DNA of 64,000 bases, taken from Histomonas meleagridis 2922-C6/04-290x (lineage: Eukaryota > Protista > Parabasalia). The DNA lies in contig JAANOX010000153.1 of NCBI GenBank assembly GCA_020184695.1, forward strand, positions 1,054,001-1,118,000, given 5' to 3'. Under the pieces are notes generated by a model. That model saw only the letters and a program-made list of their open reading frames with translations. It was not told the DNA's origin and searched no databases. Shown here piece after piece: positions 54,450-64,000 of this stretch (the stretch's first letter is position 1; each line of letters opens with the position of its first letter). The translations under genes were made by a program, and so were the position numbers.

Positions 54450-56452
54450 ATGTTTCTTGCGCTCTTATTAGCATCTAGCTATGAGATATTTATCCCAGAA
54501 AACAACACGCTCATATATGACAGTGAAGATGATAACATCACACAATATAAAGATTAAACAAATTACTATCATTTTATAGGAGAATTCCAATTCATTATGG
54601 ATAACTTATTCTATAAATGGGATTCAATAATATATGTCCTAATTGGTGATTTTGTCCAAACAATCGGCGAGTCAGCATTTGAAAGTTGCAAAAACATTCA
54701 AACGATTATTTTCAGTGACAACCTTCAAATAATAGGAACCAATGAATTGAATATGTGCACCATAATATTAAACATCACACTTCCACAATCACTCATAACG
54801 ATCGTAAATTCATCATTTTATTCATGCGTCCAATTGAAGTCAATTACTTTCAATGACAATGTTACGTCAATTGGCGAATCCGCATTTCGTTTATGTTCAC
54901 AGCTAACAAACATTACAATACCAAACTCATTTACCACAATTGGTGAATCTGCATTTCAATCATGTAACAATCTCAAAGAAGTATATCTTGGCTACAAAGT
55001 AGAATCAATTAATAAGTTGACATTTTCATCATGTATCAAATTAGAAAAAATTTTAATATCAGCGTCAGTTAAATCGATTGGCGAACAATCATTTTACAAA
55101 TGCAATGAATTGGAAACAATTAATATCGGTGATAATGTAACAACTATAGGCAAGTCATCATTTTCTTCGTGCAAAGCTTTAATATACAATTTTCTAACTC
55201 AGTTATAACTATTTGTGAAAGTGCATTTTCATCATGCTCAAAGTTAACAAATGTTACACTTTCTGATTCAGTTAAAACTATTTGCGAAGATGCATTTTAT
55301 TCTTGTTCCAAATTACAAACAATATCACTCAGCGCAAGTCTCGAAGTCATCGAAAACTTTGCATATCGCTCATGTTCCAAATTAATTAATATCACAATTC
55401 CATCGTTAGTTAATTCGATTGGTGTTGAATCATTCGCATATTGTACAAGTTTAGAGTATATTGGTGTTAATGCAAATAATTCACATTATTCCAATTTCGA
55501 TAACGACGGAGTTCTATATGATAAAAATGTTTCGAAACTTATACTTTATCCATTAGGAAGAAAAAATGTTACATTCACAATATTAAACACAGTAATATCT
55601 ATAGGAGAAAAAGCATTTCAACGGAATAAAGATCTGGAAACAGTTATTATTAATGAACAATCACAAACAATTGGAGATAATGCATTCGAATCTTGTACAG
55701 GTTTGTTAAATATGACAATTCCAAATAGCGTTATATCAATTGGAGATTCTGCATTTAGATCATGTACGAAGTTAACAAATGTATATCTTAATGAGAATTT
55801 GGAAACAATTAAAAGTTCCGCATTTTATTCATGTCGCCAATCGGAAATAATAATACCGAATACAGTGATAACTATTGGTAATTATACTTTTAATACTTGT
55901 GTGAATTTAAAAATGTTACAAATTGGAACTAAAGTTAATGCAATTGGGAATTATGTGTTCCAATCATGTTCAAGTTTAATCAATGTAACAATTCCAAATT
56001 CGGTACTTTTTATTGGCGATTATTCATTTAAGTCATGTAGGAAATTAAAAAGAGTAATTTTCGGAGATAATATTACGCGAATCGGTAAACAAACATTTTA
56101 TTCGTGTAGTGCTTTGGAAGAAATTATATTACCTAAAGAATCAACTTTTGTTGCTGAACAATCATTTACTTTATGTACGAAATTAATAACTGTTACATTT
56201 AATGATAGAATCGAAGTAATATCTGATAAAGCATTTGAATCATGTGAATCATTAACTGAAGTTTCACTTCCTGATTCTGTGGTATCAATTGGTGAAATGG
56301 CGTTTTCGAATAATTATAAATTGCAAAAAGTAATTCTCAGTAATAATATTACAATTATTAAAAGTTCTACGTTTTATAATTGTCAATCGGTTTCATTCTT
56401 CTTGTTGAAAAGACAAAGAGAGAAAAACAATGAATTTAGTATGATGGTTTAG
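54450..56452 (+). pseudogene. BspA-like pseudogene, truncated
   Basis: Signal-like MFLALLLASS; in-frame TAA at 54555-54557 where paralogs have Glu; frameshift near 55180; LRRs stop abruptly with no stalk or TM. Confidence 0.75.
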
Positions 56453-56892
56453 TAGTAAATTTTCTTTTTTATCTTTGATAACTTATTTGCGATGATTCGA
56501 TTGTTTTCACACACAAAAAAATATATTTTATGTAATATTATGTGTGTTATTGGCTCTGTGTGATATTTCAAGGATGTGTTTTTTTCTTTTTATTCTTATT
56601 TATCAGAAATATACCCAAATTTAACACGTATATCATTTGAATAATTTATTGATTTCATTTTTGCATTCTCTTTTGTGATTCTATTTACCATGTTTTATGA
56701 ATGTATGTATGAAGTTTTCAATTTTTTCAATTTTCATGTTTATCTCTGCAAAAATTATAACATCACTAAAATGTATCAAAATTGTTCATAATTTTAATTA
56801 TAAATTCATAATGTTTTGAAATTTCGATATCTTTTGCGATTTTCAAACTCAATATAAAGAAAAGCAATTAAATGATTGGAAGAATTTTTATA

Positions 56893-57354
56893 TTAGAAGC
56901 TATTGAATGGTTCATTGTTTGGAATTTCATCACCACCAAAGGGATTTTCTTCAATATCATCAGGGAGAGATTGCGCTTCTGTGTGTTTGATATAAGGAAC
57001 AGGATAATTTACCTTATGAGGAAGATCTAATTTCAATCTTGTTGCCATATTACGAACATCTTGGGGGGTACGGTTTGTTGACAAATCTTTTGCTATTTTA
57101 GCCCACATGCTTTGTTGACCTTTGTATATTTTATACAACCTACATAACTCTACCTTTTCTTCTTTTGTCCATTCGCCTTTGTTAATATCTGGATTAAGGG
57201 ATTTATGCCAGTGATCATAACATTGTTTGTGATTTCGATCGTTACCAACATAATTTGATATTTCTTCAAAATTTGAGCCGAACAAATGAACGCCCTCCTT
57301 AAGTCTTTGGTCTTCTTCTTGACTCCATCTTTTTCTCCCTTTTGTGTTTTTCAT
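56893..57354 (-). CDS. R2R3 Myb-like DNA-binding protein
   Basis: KRWSQEEDQRL, RNHKQCYDHWHKSLNPDINKGEWTKEE, WAKIAK, RTPQDVRN. ATG at 57354. Confidence 0.92.
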   Translation of the reverse strand: MKNTKGRKRWSQEEDQRLKEGVHLFGSNFEEISNYVGNDRNHKQCYDHWHKSLNPDINKGEWTKEEKVELCRLYKIYKGQQSMWAKIAKDLSTNRTPQDVRNMATRLKLDLPHKVNYPVPYIKHTEAQSLPDDIEENPFGGDEIPNNEPFNSF

Positions 57355-58036
57355 GAAGAAAGACAAGAAAATTGTTCAAATTTTAACCGTTGTTTTCAAT
57401 ATTGGATTTTTTGAAAAATTGAAACGATTATTTGCTTTTCATAGAGTTCATTATCTTACAAAAAGTTATATCGTACTTCTTATTTTCGATTTCAGTTAAG
57501 TCATTTAATGAAGGTTTAACAAAAAAACAAATCATTCCCTAAATTCGTAATTTCAATCAACAAAAGAAACGCTTGTGTTTCACTGCATTTGATATCATCT
57601 TGTCTTGCTTTTTCGCAAGTTTTATGTATAAAATACAAATATCATCACATTATTAAAATATGATTTCGTGTTGTTTGCATGAGAAAAGATCTAATAATTG
57701 CAATTCTTTTATTTGGCCAACTCCATAAGATATCTCACGAAGATTCAATTTTTCCTTATTATTTTTTGAGATATATTATTATGTATCTCCCTCTTTTTTG
57801 ATTAGAAATATGATATACGCATTAAACTTGATAATTTTAAAATATTATTAATGTTGATGATTTAGATTGATTAAGAATTCTGAACATTGTTAAATCTTTT
57901 AATTAATCACTTCATTAATGAAGTGATTTCCTCTAGCTGTATTCACAAACAAACTCTGAGTTTATCCAATTATTCTTTTAAAATTTATTCTGATTTGAGC
58001 TGATAGTATTTTTCAATACTTTACATACTTCCAGGG

Positions 58037-59281
58037 ATGGATAAGTCTGCACCTGTTTACCTCGCAAACCTTATTCATCTTTATGCTTCTCGTTCTTACA
58101 ATGAACTAGATAAACTACTCGATGAAGGCTCAGGCGAAGAATCACAGAAACGCTCTTTAATGCGAAAATTAAACATGATTTATGTCATTGGAACCAAACT
58201 TACAATGGCCATCAGATTTAATGAAAAGTTTCCAAACTCGAAAGAGCTATTCGAATATTTAAACAACTCCTCTTTTTATGAACAATATTTAAGAATCTTT
58301 GCAGATAATCTTTATTTCCAACATTATAATATACAAAACACGCTCACATCAATGTATGATGTTACTGGTGCAATTGATTTGTTAATTGGGGACTGCACAT
58401 CTCGGTTACCATTATCCATTTTTCCCAACGGTCCCAAATTTGACCAAGATCCCAAACCCTTCTTTCGTCTTATCAATGATATTTTAAAATCCAAGTTACT
58501 TACAGTTCGACTTCCCCCATCATTTCTTGTCAGATTCCGCCGTGGTCGCATTATTCTCACCTCACCAAACCGCTACAAGCTTACTGTCTCCATTACTTCA
58601 CGCGATGGACCTTTTGTTGCCTCCACACTCGATTTTCTTCTTCCCAATTTCCGACCCATCAAACCAGGAATTGATGTTCTCACGCAAATGTACAACGGCG
58701 GCATTAACCCGCACTTTAATGTCCTTATACTTTATGACACCATTCGCCGGATAATAATCAAAATCAACGAAATCTTTTCGGATAACGAAGATCCTTTTTA
58801 TGTCATTGATTCATTTTTATTACGCGTCATATTAAACTTTGAGTTTCAACGTATCATATCAGAAGCTAAACGTGTTCGATATGAAGTAACAACACGAAAA
58901 GAAGAAGGACAAAGTCCACGAAGAATGAAGTTTTTCTTTTGGAATTCACATTTCGAAATATTTCTGACGCAAAATTCCGTAAATTGTTCGTTCGAAGGTT
59001 ATAACATTGGAGAAGTAACACATAAATCATTTTCCGAGATATTCGGAGAATGTAAAAGAAGAGCGGCGCTTAATAACTTAACAAATTTGCAGACACAACT
59101 AAAAGGCGATGTCCACGACGCAATTATGCCGTTCTTAAGAGTCGACGGTGTCGATGTGTTTGTGAAGAGCTCGTCGCGCAATATGCCGATGTTCTTCGTT
59201 CGGGATCGAGAGGACTTGACAAGGCTGCTGTGGAATAAGCAATACCTGCTGTTCCATAAGGTGGCAGAAAATAAGAATTAA
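58037..59281 (+). CDS. MED14: Mediator subunit Med14-like protein (N-terminal domain only)
   Basis: MYDVTGAIDLLIGDCTSRLP resembles the Med14 signature (YDIPTAIDVLTTGTYPRLP), followed by LINDILKSKL...RRGRIIL. Confidence 0.6.
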   Translation: MDKSAPVYLANLIHLYASRSYNELDKLLDEGSGEESQKRSLMRKLNMIYVIGTKLTMAIRFNEKFPNSKELFEYLNNSSFYEQYLRIFADNLYFQHYNIQNTLTSMYDVTGAIDLLIGDCTSRLPLSIFPNGPKFDQDPKPFFRLINDILKSKLLTVRLPPSFLVRFRRGRIILTSPNRYKLTVSITSRDGPFVASTLDFLLPNFRPIKPGIDVLTQMYNGGINPHFNVLILYDTIRRIIIKINEIFSDNEDPFYVIDSFLLRVILNFEFQRIISEAKRVRYEVTTRKEEGQSPRRMKFFFWNSHFEIFLTQNSVNCSFEGYNIGEVTHKSFSEIFGECKRRAALNNLTNLQTQLKGDVHDAIMPFLRVDGVDVFVKSSSRNMPMFFVRDREDLTRLLWNKQYLLFHKVAENKN

Positions 59282-59583
59282 TTTATAGATGTTAAAAAGA
59301 AATAAAAATCATTAAAATGTATAAAATTATTTCTGTTTGTTTCTGAAGTAGAATTTATGAAATTCTTTTGACACTTACGAAATGGCAATATCTTGTTGAT
59401 AAATTAATAGATAATCATAAATAATGTTTCCCAAGCATATAATGATTTTGACAAAAGAGTGAAACTTTGTTTGTTTTGCAATCAACAACAGTTAATGAGT
59501 GTTCATTTGATTTGAAAAATATTTGTTATAATGTGAAAGCATTGATACTTATAATACAAATCAAACATACACCGATTTTTTAC

Positions 59584-60636
59584 TTACAATTTCTGTTTTG
59601 CAGCACGCAGTCTCTTGACTTCTTTTTGAAGTTCTTCGTTCTCTTTGTCGATCTGCATAATTTCCTCATCAAGCATTTTATTATCCATTTCAAGTGCTCT
59701 TTTCTCTTCCTCCAATCTTTGCACCTCTCTTATACTTTCCCGAACTTTACTACTTCTTCGTGTTGATGAAGAAGAAGTTGACTTCTTTAACGTTTGTATA
59801 TCACTGAGAACTTCTTCAATTTGTGTTTCGTGGCGAATTTCATTATCTTTGATCATTTTCTCTGCGTAATTCGCACGTGAATTAGAAGTCGCAATAAATT
59901 GGAGAAGTGTTTCTTTTTCAACTTTGTATTGCTTTTTAAGTGAAGAAAGATGCGTTTCATACATTCGTTTCCTTTCTTCAATTTCTTGATCAAGTCGAAT
60001 GATTTCTTCATTTTGCGATTTCCGACGGATTTCAACAGAATTTAAACATTCTTTTATCTTCAAACGTGATTCACGAAGTTCGTTACGCGTTATTGTTGTG
60101 ATTTCTGAGATTTGATCTTCAAGTTGTATTATCTTTTTGGATAATTTATTTTGTTCTTTGTCAAAATCTTTATTAATATTAGATGATGAATATTGTGATT
60201 TAACATTTGTGAGTTGGTTTTGAGCTTGTATAGTTTCGCTTTTGTACTTTTCAAGCTCATCTAATTTTTCTTGGATAACAATAGCTGAATGCATTTCAGA
60301 CCATCTACGAGTTTCAGCTATTGACTTTTGGAATTCGCTATTTAATTTATAAATTTCTTTTTCATGCTTCGATTTCAATTCTTTTATCAACGCTTGATGC
60401 TCTGCTTGAATTCTGTATATTTCTTCTTCCTCTTTTTGCGCAAAATCCTCATCATTACTTAGTTCTAAGTTTTTGATTTCTGCTTTTTTTTGTGAAATTA
60501 TTGTCATTAATTTTGAAATAATATTCTCTGCTTGTTTAATAACTTCCTTATGATGCAAAAGTTCTTCTTCTTTTTGTTTGAGCAGATTTTGCGCTTCTAT
60601 ATTCATCTCTCCAAGAGATAAGTCTTCATCATCCAT
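59584..60636 (-). CDS. Hypothetical coiled-coil protein
   Basis: E/K/Q-rich heptad ORF; first ATG at 60636. Confidence 0.65.
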   Translation of the reverse strand: MDDEDLSLGEMNIEAQNLLKQKEEELLHHKEVIKQAENIISKLMTIISQKKAEIKNLELSNDEDFAQKEEEEIYRIQAEHQALIKELKSKHEKEIYKLNSEFQKSIAETRRWSEMHSAIVIQEKLDELEKYKSETIQAQNQLTNVKSQYSSSNINKDFDKEQNKLSKKIIQLEDQISEITTITRNELRESRLKIKECLNSVEIRRKSQNEEIIRLDQEIEERKRMYETHLSSLKKQYKVEKETLLQFIATSNSRANYAEKMIKDNEIRHETQIEEVLSDIQTLKKSTSSSSTRRSSKVRESIREVQRLEEEKRALEMDNKMLDEEIMQIDKENEELQKEVKRLRAAKQKL

Positions 60637-60779
60637 TTGAAGAAGAAAATTGTAAACGTACTCTAATACGATGCACAAGAAGGACGTTAAATCAATTCAA
60701 CTTACACTTTTCAAATAATTCAGTGCGTATGTGAATATTTTAACATAAAATATTACCGATACGGATTCGTTATTGCAAG

Positions 60780-61973
60780 ATGTCTTTTTCGATCATTGAT
60801 GCTGGACACAAAGAGCTTTACCGAATTGATAGAAAGCTTTCGCAATTTGCATCAATAATTCAATCATATTCTGAACCACAACATTTTAAAGGAATTCTTT
60901 CTCCAGATGATTTGAAATCAGCCAAATCAATTTGGTTCTTCGGTCCACAAAAAGATATCACTCCCGAAGAATCCACTGCTCTTGAAGCATTCATGCTTAA
61001 TGGTGGTGCTGTTTTTCTTTTATCATCAAAACTTCCACCAAATTTTAACGCTTTTACAAAAAAGTTTGGTTCAACCATCAATGAACCTGTAATTTCCCCT
61101 ACATATATCACATATATCGACCCACATGAAATTACAGTTCAAGGTGGTGTTGTTAATCGTTCTATTACTCAATACATTCAAATTCAAAAGCCAACTTTTG
61201 CATATCCTAATGGCACAAATCTAGAACTTCGCTCGCCTGCAATACCTCTTTTATCATCAGGACTTTCTTCTTATCCGTTGAATCAACCAATTATCTCATA
61301 CTCAAAAGTTGGAACCAAAAAAGGTTCTCTTGTTGTTGTTGGCTCACCTTCTTTGTTTAATGATGAGTGGTGCAAACATGAATCAAATGAACTACTTCTT
61401 AAATATTTGATTGAATTATCCATTCAAAAAACTCAAGAGATCAACATGATTGATGCCGAACATCCCGAGATCACTGAGAGGTGGTATACTCCTGATGTTG
61501 AAAGCATGAGTGAAAAATTACTAAGTTGCATTCAAGAGAGCGAAAAGTTAAATTCCGACTTCCATCAGAACTTCGAACGTGGCTCTTTCAGAATGGACAT
61601 GTCCTTTGTCGCTAAGCTTCCTTCCTTAGCGCAAAGTTTGGGTTTGAAAAACGAACCATTGGAGACCGTTAAGCCGCAATTTGATGCTGCGCTGCCACCG
61701 CTGACTCCAGCCGTATTCCCACCGCAAATGAGAGAGCCAAAGAGTCCTGTTTTAGAATTGTTTGATTTGGATGATGCTTTTGCATCACCTAAAACAAGAC
61801 TTGCACAATTAGCACAAAGAACATCACCAAAAAATGTTGATACATTCATTCTGCAATCTGCAAAAATTTTGGGAATTTCACCACATTTGCCAGAAGATAA
61901 ACAAACAGCAAAAGATGTTGTTGAATATGTATTTAGACAAATCGTAAAGTGGAAGCGTCAGTCATCGGAATAA
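60780..61973 (+). CDS. IFT52: Intraflagellar transport protein IFT52
   Basis: GIFT-domain features (WFFGPQKDITPEE, FMLNGGAVFLL, YPLNQPI) and the C-terminal PPLTPAVFPPQMREPKSPVLELFDLDDAFASPKTRLAQL. Confidence 0.92.
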   Translation: MSFSIIDAGHKELYRIDRKLSQFASIIQSYSEPQHFKGILSPDDLKSAKSIWFFGPQKDITPEESTALEAFMLNGGAVFLLSSKLPPNFNAFTKKFGSTINEPVISPTYITYIDPHEITVQGGVVNRSITQYIQIQKPTFAYPNGTNLELRSPAIPLLSSGLSSYPLNQPIISYSKVGTKKGSLVVVGSPSLFNDEWCKHESNELLLKYLIELSIQKTQEINMIDAEHPEITERWYTPDVESMSEKLLSCIQESEKLNSDFHQNFERGSFRMDMSFVAKLPSLAQSLGLKNEPLETVKPQFDAALPPLTPAVFPPQMREPKSPVLELFDLDDAFASPKTRLAQLAQRTSPKNVDTFILQSAKILGISPHLPEDKQTAKDVVEYVFRQIVKWKRQSSE

Positions 61974-62286
61974 ATTGTACTTTTTAAAGTAGTTTGTTTT
62001 TTGTATTTTAAAATCAAGGATTAAATTCCAAATTAAATAAATTTATGAAGGTAATCCAGAGATTTATTTGTGGATTGGATCAATTTGAATTATGGAAAAT
62101 GGAAACAAAAGATGAAACAATAACATGTTATAAATATAAAATTTCTCTTATTTTGAGTTTGTAATATCTTAGTTGCAAATAGTTAAAGTCATTAAACTTG
62201 TTAAAAATGGTTATAACCATTGATAAAATAAATCCGATTTCCTATTTTATGGGTTGTGATGTCACAATTAACGTCTTTTCTCCATT

Positions 62287-63852
62287 ATGCCTAGAAAAGT
62301 CGCAATTCATCATATGCTTCTGGAATTAAAAAATCAATTTTCAACTGATAGGGAAGAAATAATTGATGCAATTCCTGTAATATCTTCTTTTTTTGATACA
62401 TCTCGAATATCAGATGAATTAATACCGTTTCTAACTTCTATTTCAAATTTTCCAATACAACTAAATGCCAAATGCATTCGCCAAATAGGGAAGATAAAAT
62501 ATTCAAGTTTTAGCGAAGATCAAGTTAAATCAGTGTTGGATCGAATTAAATGTTTTTCTGAATCAGAATCTCAAGAAGTGAGAAATGCATTTATTGATTG
62601 CTTTGTTGATATTTGCAAAGACATTAATCCAACTTTTCAAAGTCATATTATTACAAGTTATATCAGCTCTTTTTTATCATGCAAATATTCTACATTTCCA
62701 CAAGCATGCGGTGCCACCATTTACAGTAAGTTAATTTCCTATATTAAAGATGATTCCAGAATTTTTTTCTCATCATTTGTTGATTTTGCAAACAATTCAG
62801 AATCATCAATAGTAAAACAATCAATAGCGGAAGCCTCAAGTTTACTTTTAGACTATGATAAAGACAATTTTCTCATTGATCTAATTATGTATTATTCAGC
62901 AGACTATTCCACATCCGTTGTTTCAGCAATCCCCAAATTTTTAGTCACGTATCTATCCAAAACCAAAGATATCAAAACCACAATTAGCATTTTCCAATCT
63001 TTAATTATTTCATCAGATTGGCGAGTTCGATGCATCACAATCAAAATATTTCCTGATCTTTTCCATATTTATAAAATTCCTGTTTCATTTTTTGTTTCTT
63101 TATATGAGCATTGCATTCAAGATTCTGAAATTGAAGTCAAAATTGCAATTGTTCAACAACTAAAAATTCTTATAAACGTTCCCGAAGCGAAAGAACAACT
63201 TCAAAATCTTTTACTGAATGCTCTTTCTAATGATTCTCCTCATATTGTTACAATCGCCATCCAATATGCGTTAGAAATGAGGAATCCAACATTCATTACG
63301 CAAAATGTAATTAAACTTTTAAGGTCACAAAACGTCGAAATTAAACTTGCTGCAATAAATGCATTAAAAACGCCATCGATACCAAAAGAAATTATTATCC
63401 AACAAATGTTACATATAATCAATTATTCGAATGATTGGAGAGAAAGAGAAAGTTTAGTTTACTTATTAACAGATTTAACATTTGATGTAAATGAAATTAT
63501 TATAAAGTTACTCAGTGACGAAGCATATAAAGTACGAAAATCAATGGTTGCTCAAATCCCAAAACTTATTTCGAAGTTTGGTAATGAATGGGCAATTAAT
63601 CATTTAATGCCTTTCATCAAGCAAACAGTGAAATATGAAGATTATCAAATAAGAGAAGTTGGCGCAATGGCTCTTTTATGCGCTGAGTTACATCATACAA
63701 AAGAAGGGGAAAAGATTTTGGACGCATTTGCAAAAGATCCTGTTGGTAATGTTAAAATTGTTATTGCTAGAAACATAGAGAAGGGACATCCAATCTTGCA
63801 GCTGTTAATGAAAGATGATGACGAAGATGTAAGGTTAGAAGCATCAAAGTAA
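62287..63852 (+). CDS. HEAT-repeat protein, divergent PP2A scaffold (A) subunit-like
   Basis: DWRVR, DWRERE, DEAYKVRK, KFGNEWA, YQIRE, KDPVGNVK, DDDEDVR follow the PP2A-A HEAT pattern. Confidence 0.75.
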   Translation: MPRKVAIHHMLLELKNQFSTDREEIIDAIPVISSFFDTSRISDELIPFLTSISNFPIQLNAKCIRQIGKIKYSSFSEDQVKSVLDRIKCFSESESQEVRNAFIDCFVDICKDINPTFQSHIITSYISSFLSCKYSTFPQACGATIYSKLISYIKDDSRIFFSSFVDFANNSESSIVKQSIAEASSLLLDYDKDNFLIDLIMYYSADYSTSVVSAIPKFLVTYLSKTKDIKTTISIFQSLIISSDWRVRCITIKIFPDLFHIYKIPVSFFVSLYEHCIQDSEIEVKIAIVQQLKILINVPEAKEQLQNLLLNALSNDSPHIVTIAIQYALEMRNPTFITQNVIKLLRSQNVEIKLAAINALKTPSIPKEIIIQQMLHIINYSNDWRERESLVYLLTDLTFDVNEIIIKLLSDEAYKVRKSMVAQIPKLISKFGNEWAINHLMPFIKQTVKYEDYQIREVGAMALLCAELHHTKEGEKILDAFAKDPVGNVKIVIARNIEKGHPILQLLMKDDDEDVRLEASK

Positions 63853-64000
63853 ACTGTTCTTATAGCATTGATGAATGGTAAAAGGTTTTATGAAATAAAT
63901 AAAAAATTGTTATTAATAAAATAAAAATATTAAAATATGTTTATAAACATAGATATTAATACATATATTTCAAGAAATGCAACATCATTGATGAAGAATA

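Noticed and set aside
54555-54557. In-frame TAA in a BspA gene as evidence of stop-codon reassignment
   Set aside because: Many conserved genes here (RPS14, RPT6, IFT52) end in TAA, and this gene also has a frameshift and truncation, so it is a pseudogene.
45332-61973. Clustering of flagellar genes (PF16, CatSper-like, IFT52)
   Set aside because: They are spread over 16 kb among unrelated genes; unremarkable for a flagellate.

Overview
AT-rich, essentially intron-free eukaryotic DNA in the standard genetic code. The gene set (BspA-type LRR surface proteins, BEACH, Rab, Myb, ankyrin arrays, PF16, IFT52) points to a parabasalid protist, Histomonas/Tritrichomonas-like; this assignment is inference. 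Housekeeping genes include CK1, CHMP1, RPS14, a P4-ATPase, RPT6, NAA15, Med14, IFT52 and a PP2A-A-like protein. The window also holds a U2 snRNA, a tRNA-Thr(UGU), a bacterial-type PreA/DPD-like flavoprotein, and four BspA genes plus remnants. The main finding is at 37.5-41.5 kb, where the ORF track shows only fragments. There, 17 intact ankyrin blocks are separated by 18 spacers (15 of exactly 80 nt). Each spacer resolves into four modules of a 17-nt AT-rich insert plus one codon. Removing the inserts restores the missing D-x-x-G-x-T ankyrin loop (e.g. DKYGRT, DEFGKT, DKNGNT) and gives one stop-free protein of about 920 aa. The 71 inserts lack GT-AG ends, all start with a purine, and one has been lost precisely. 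This suggests an unrecognised micro-intron or recoding system; the mechanism cannot be determined from DNA alone.
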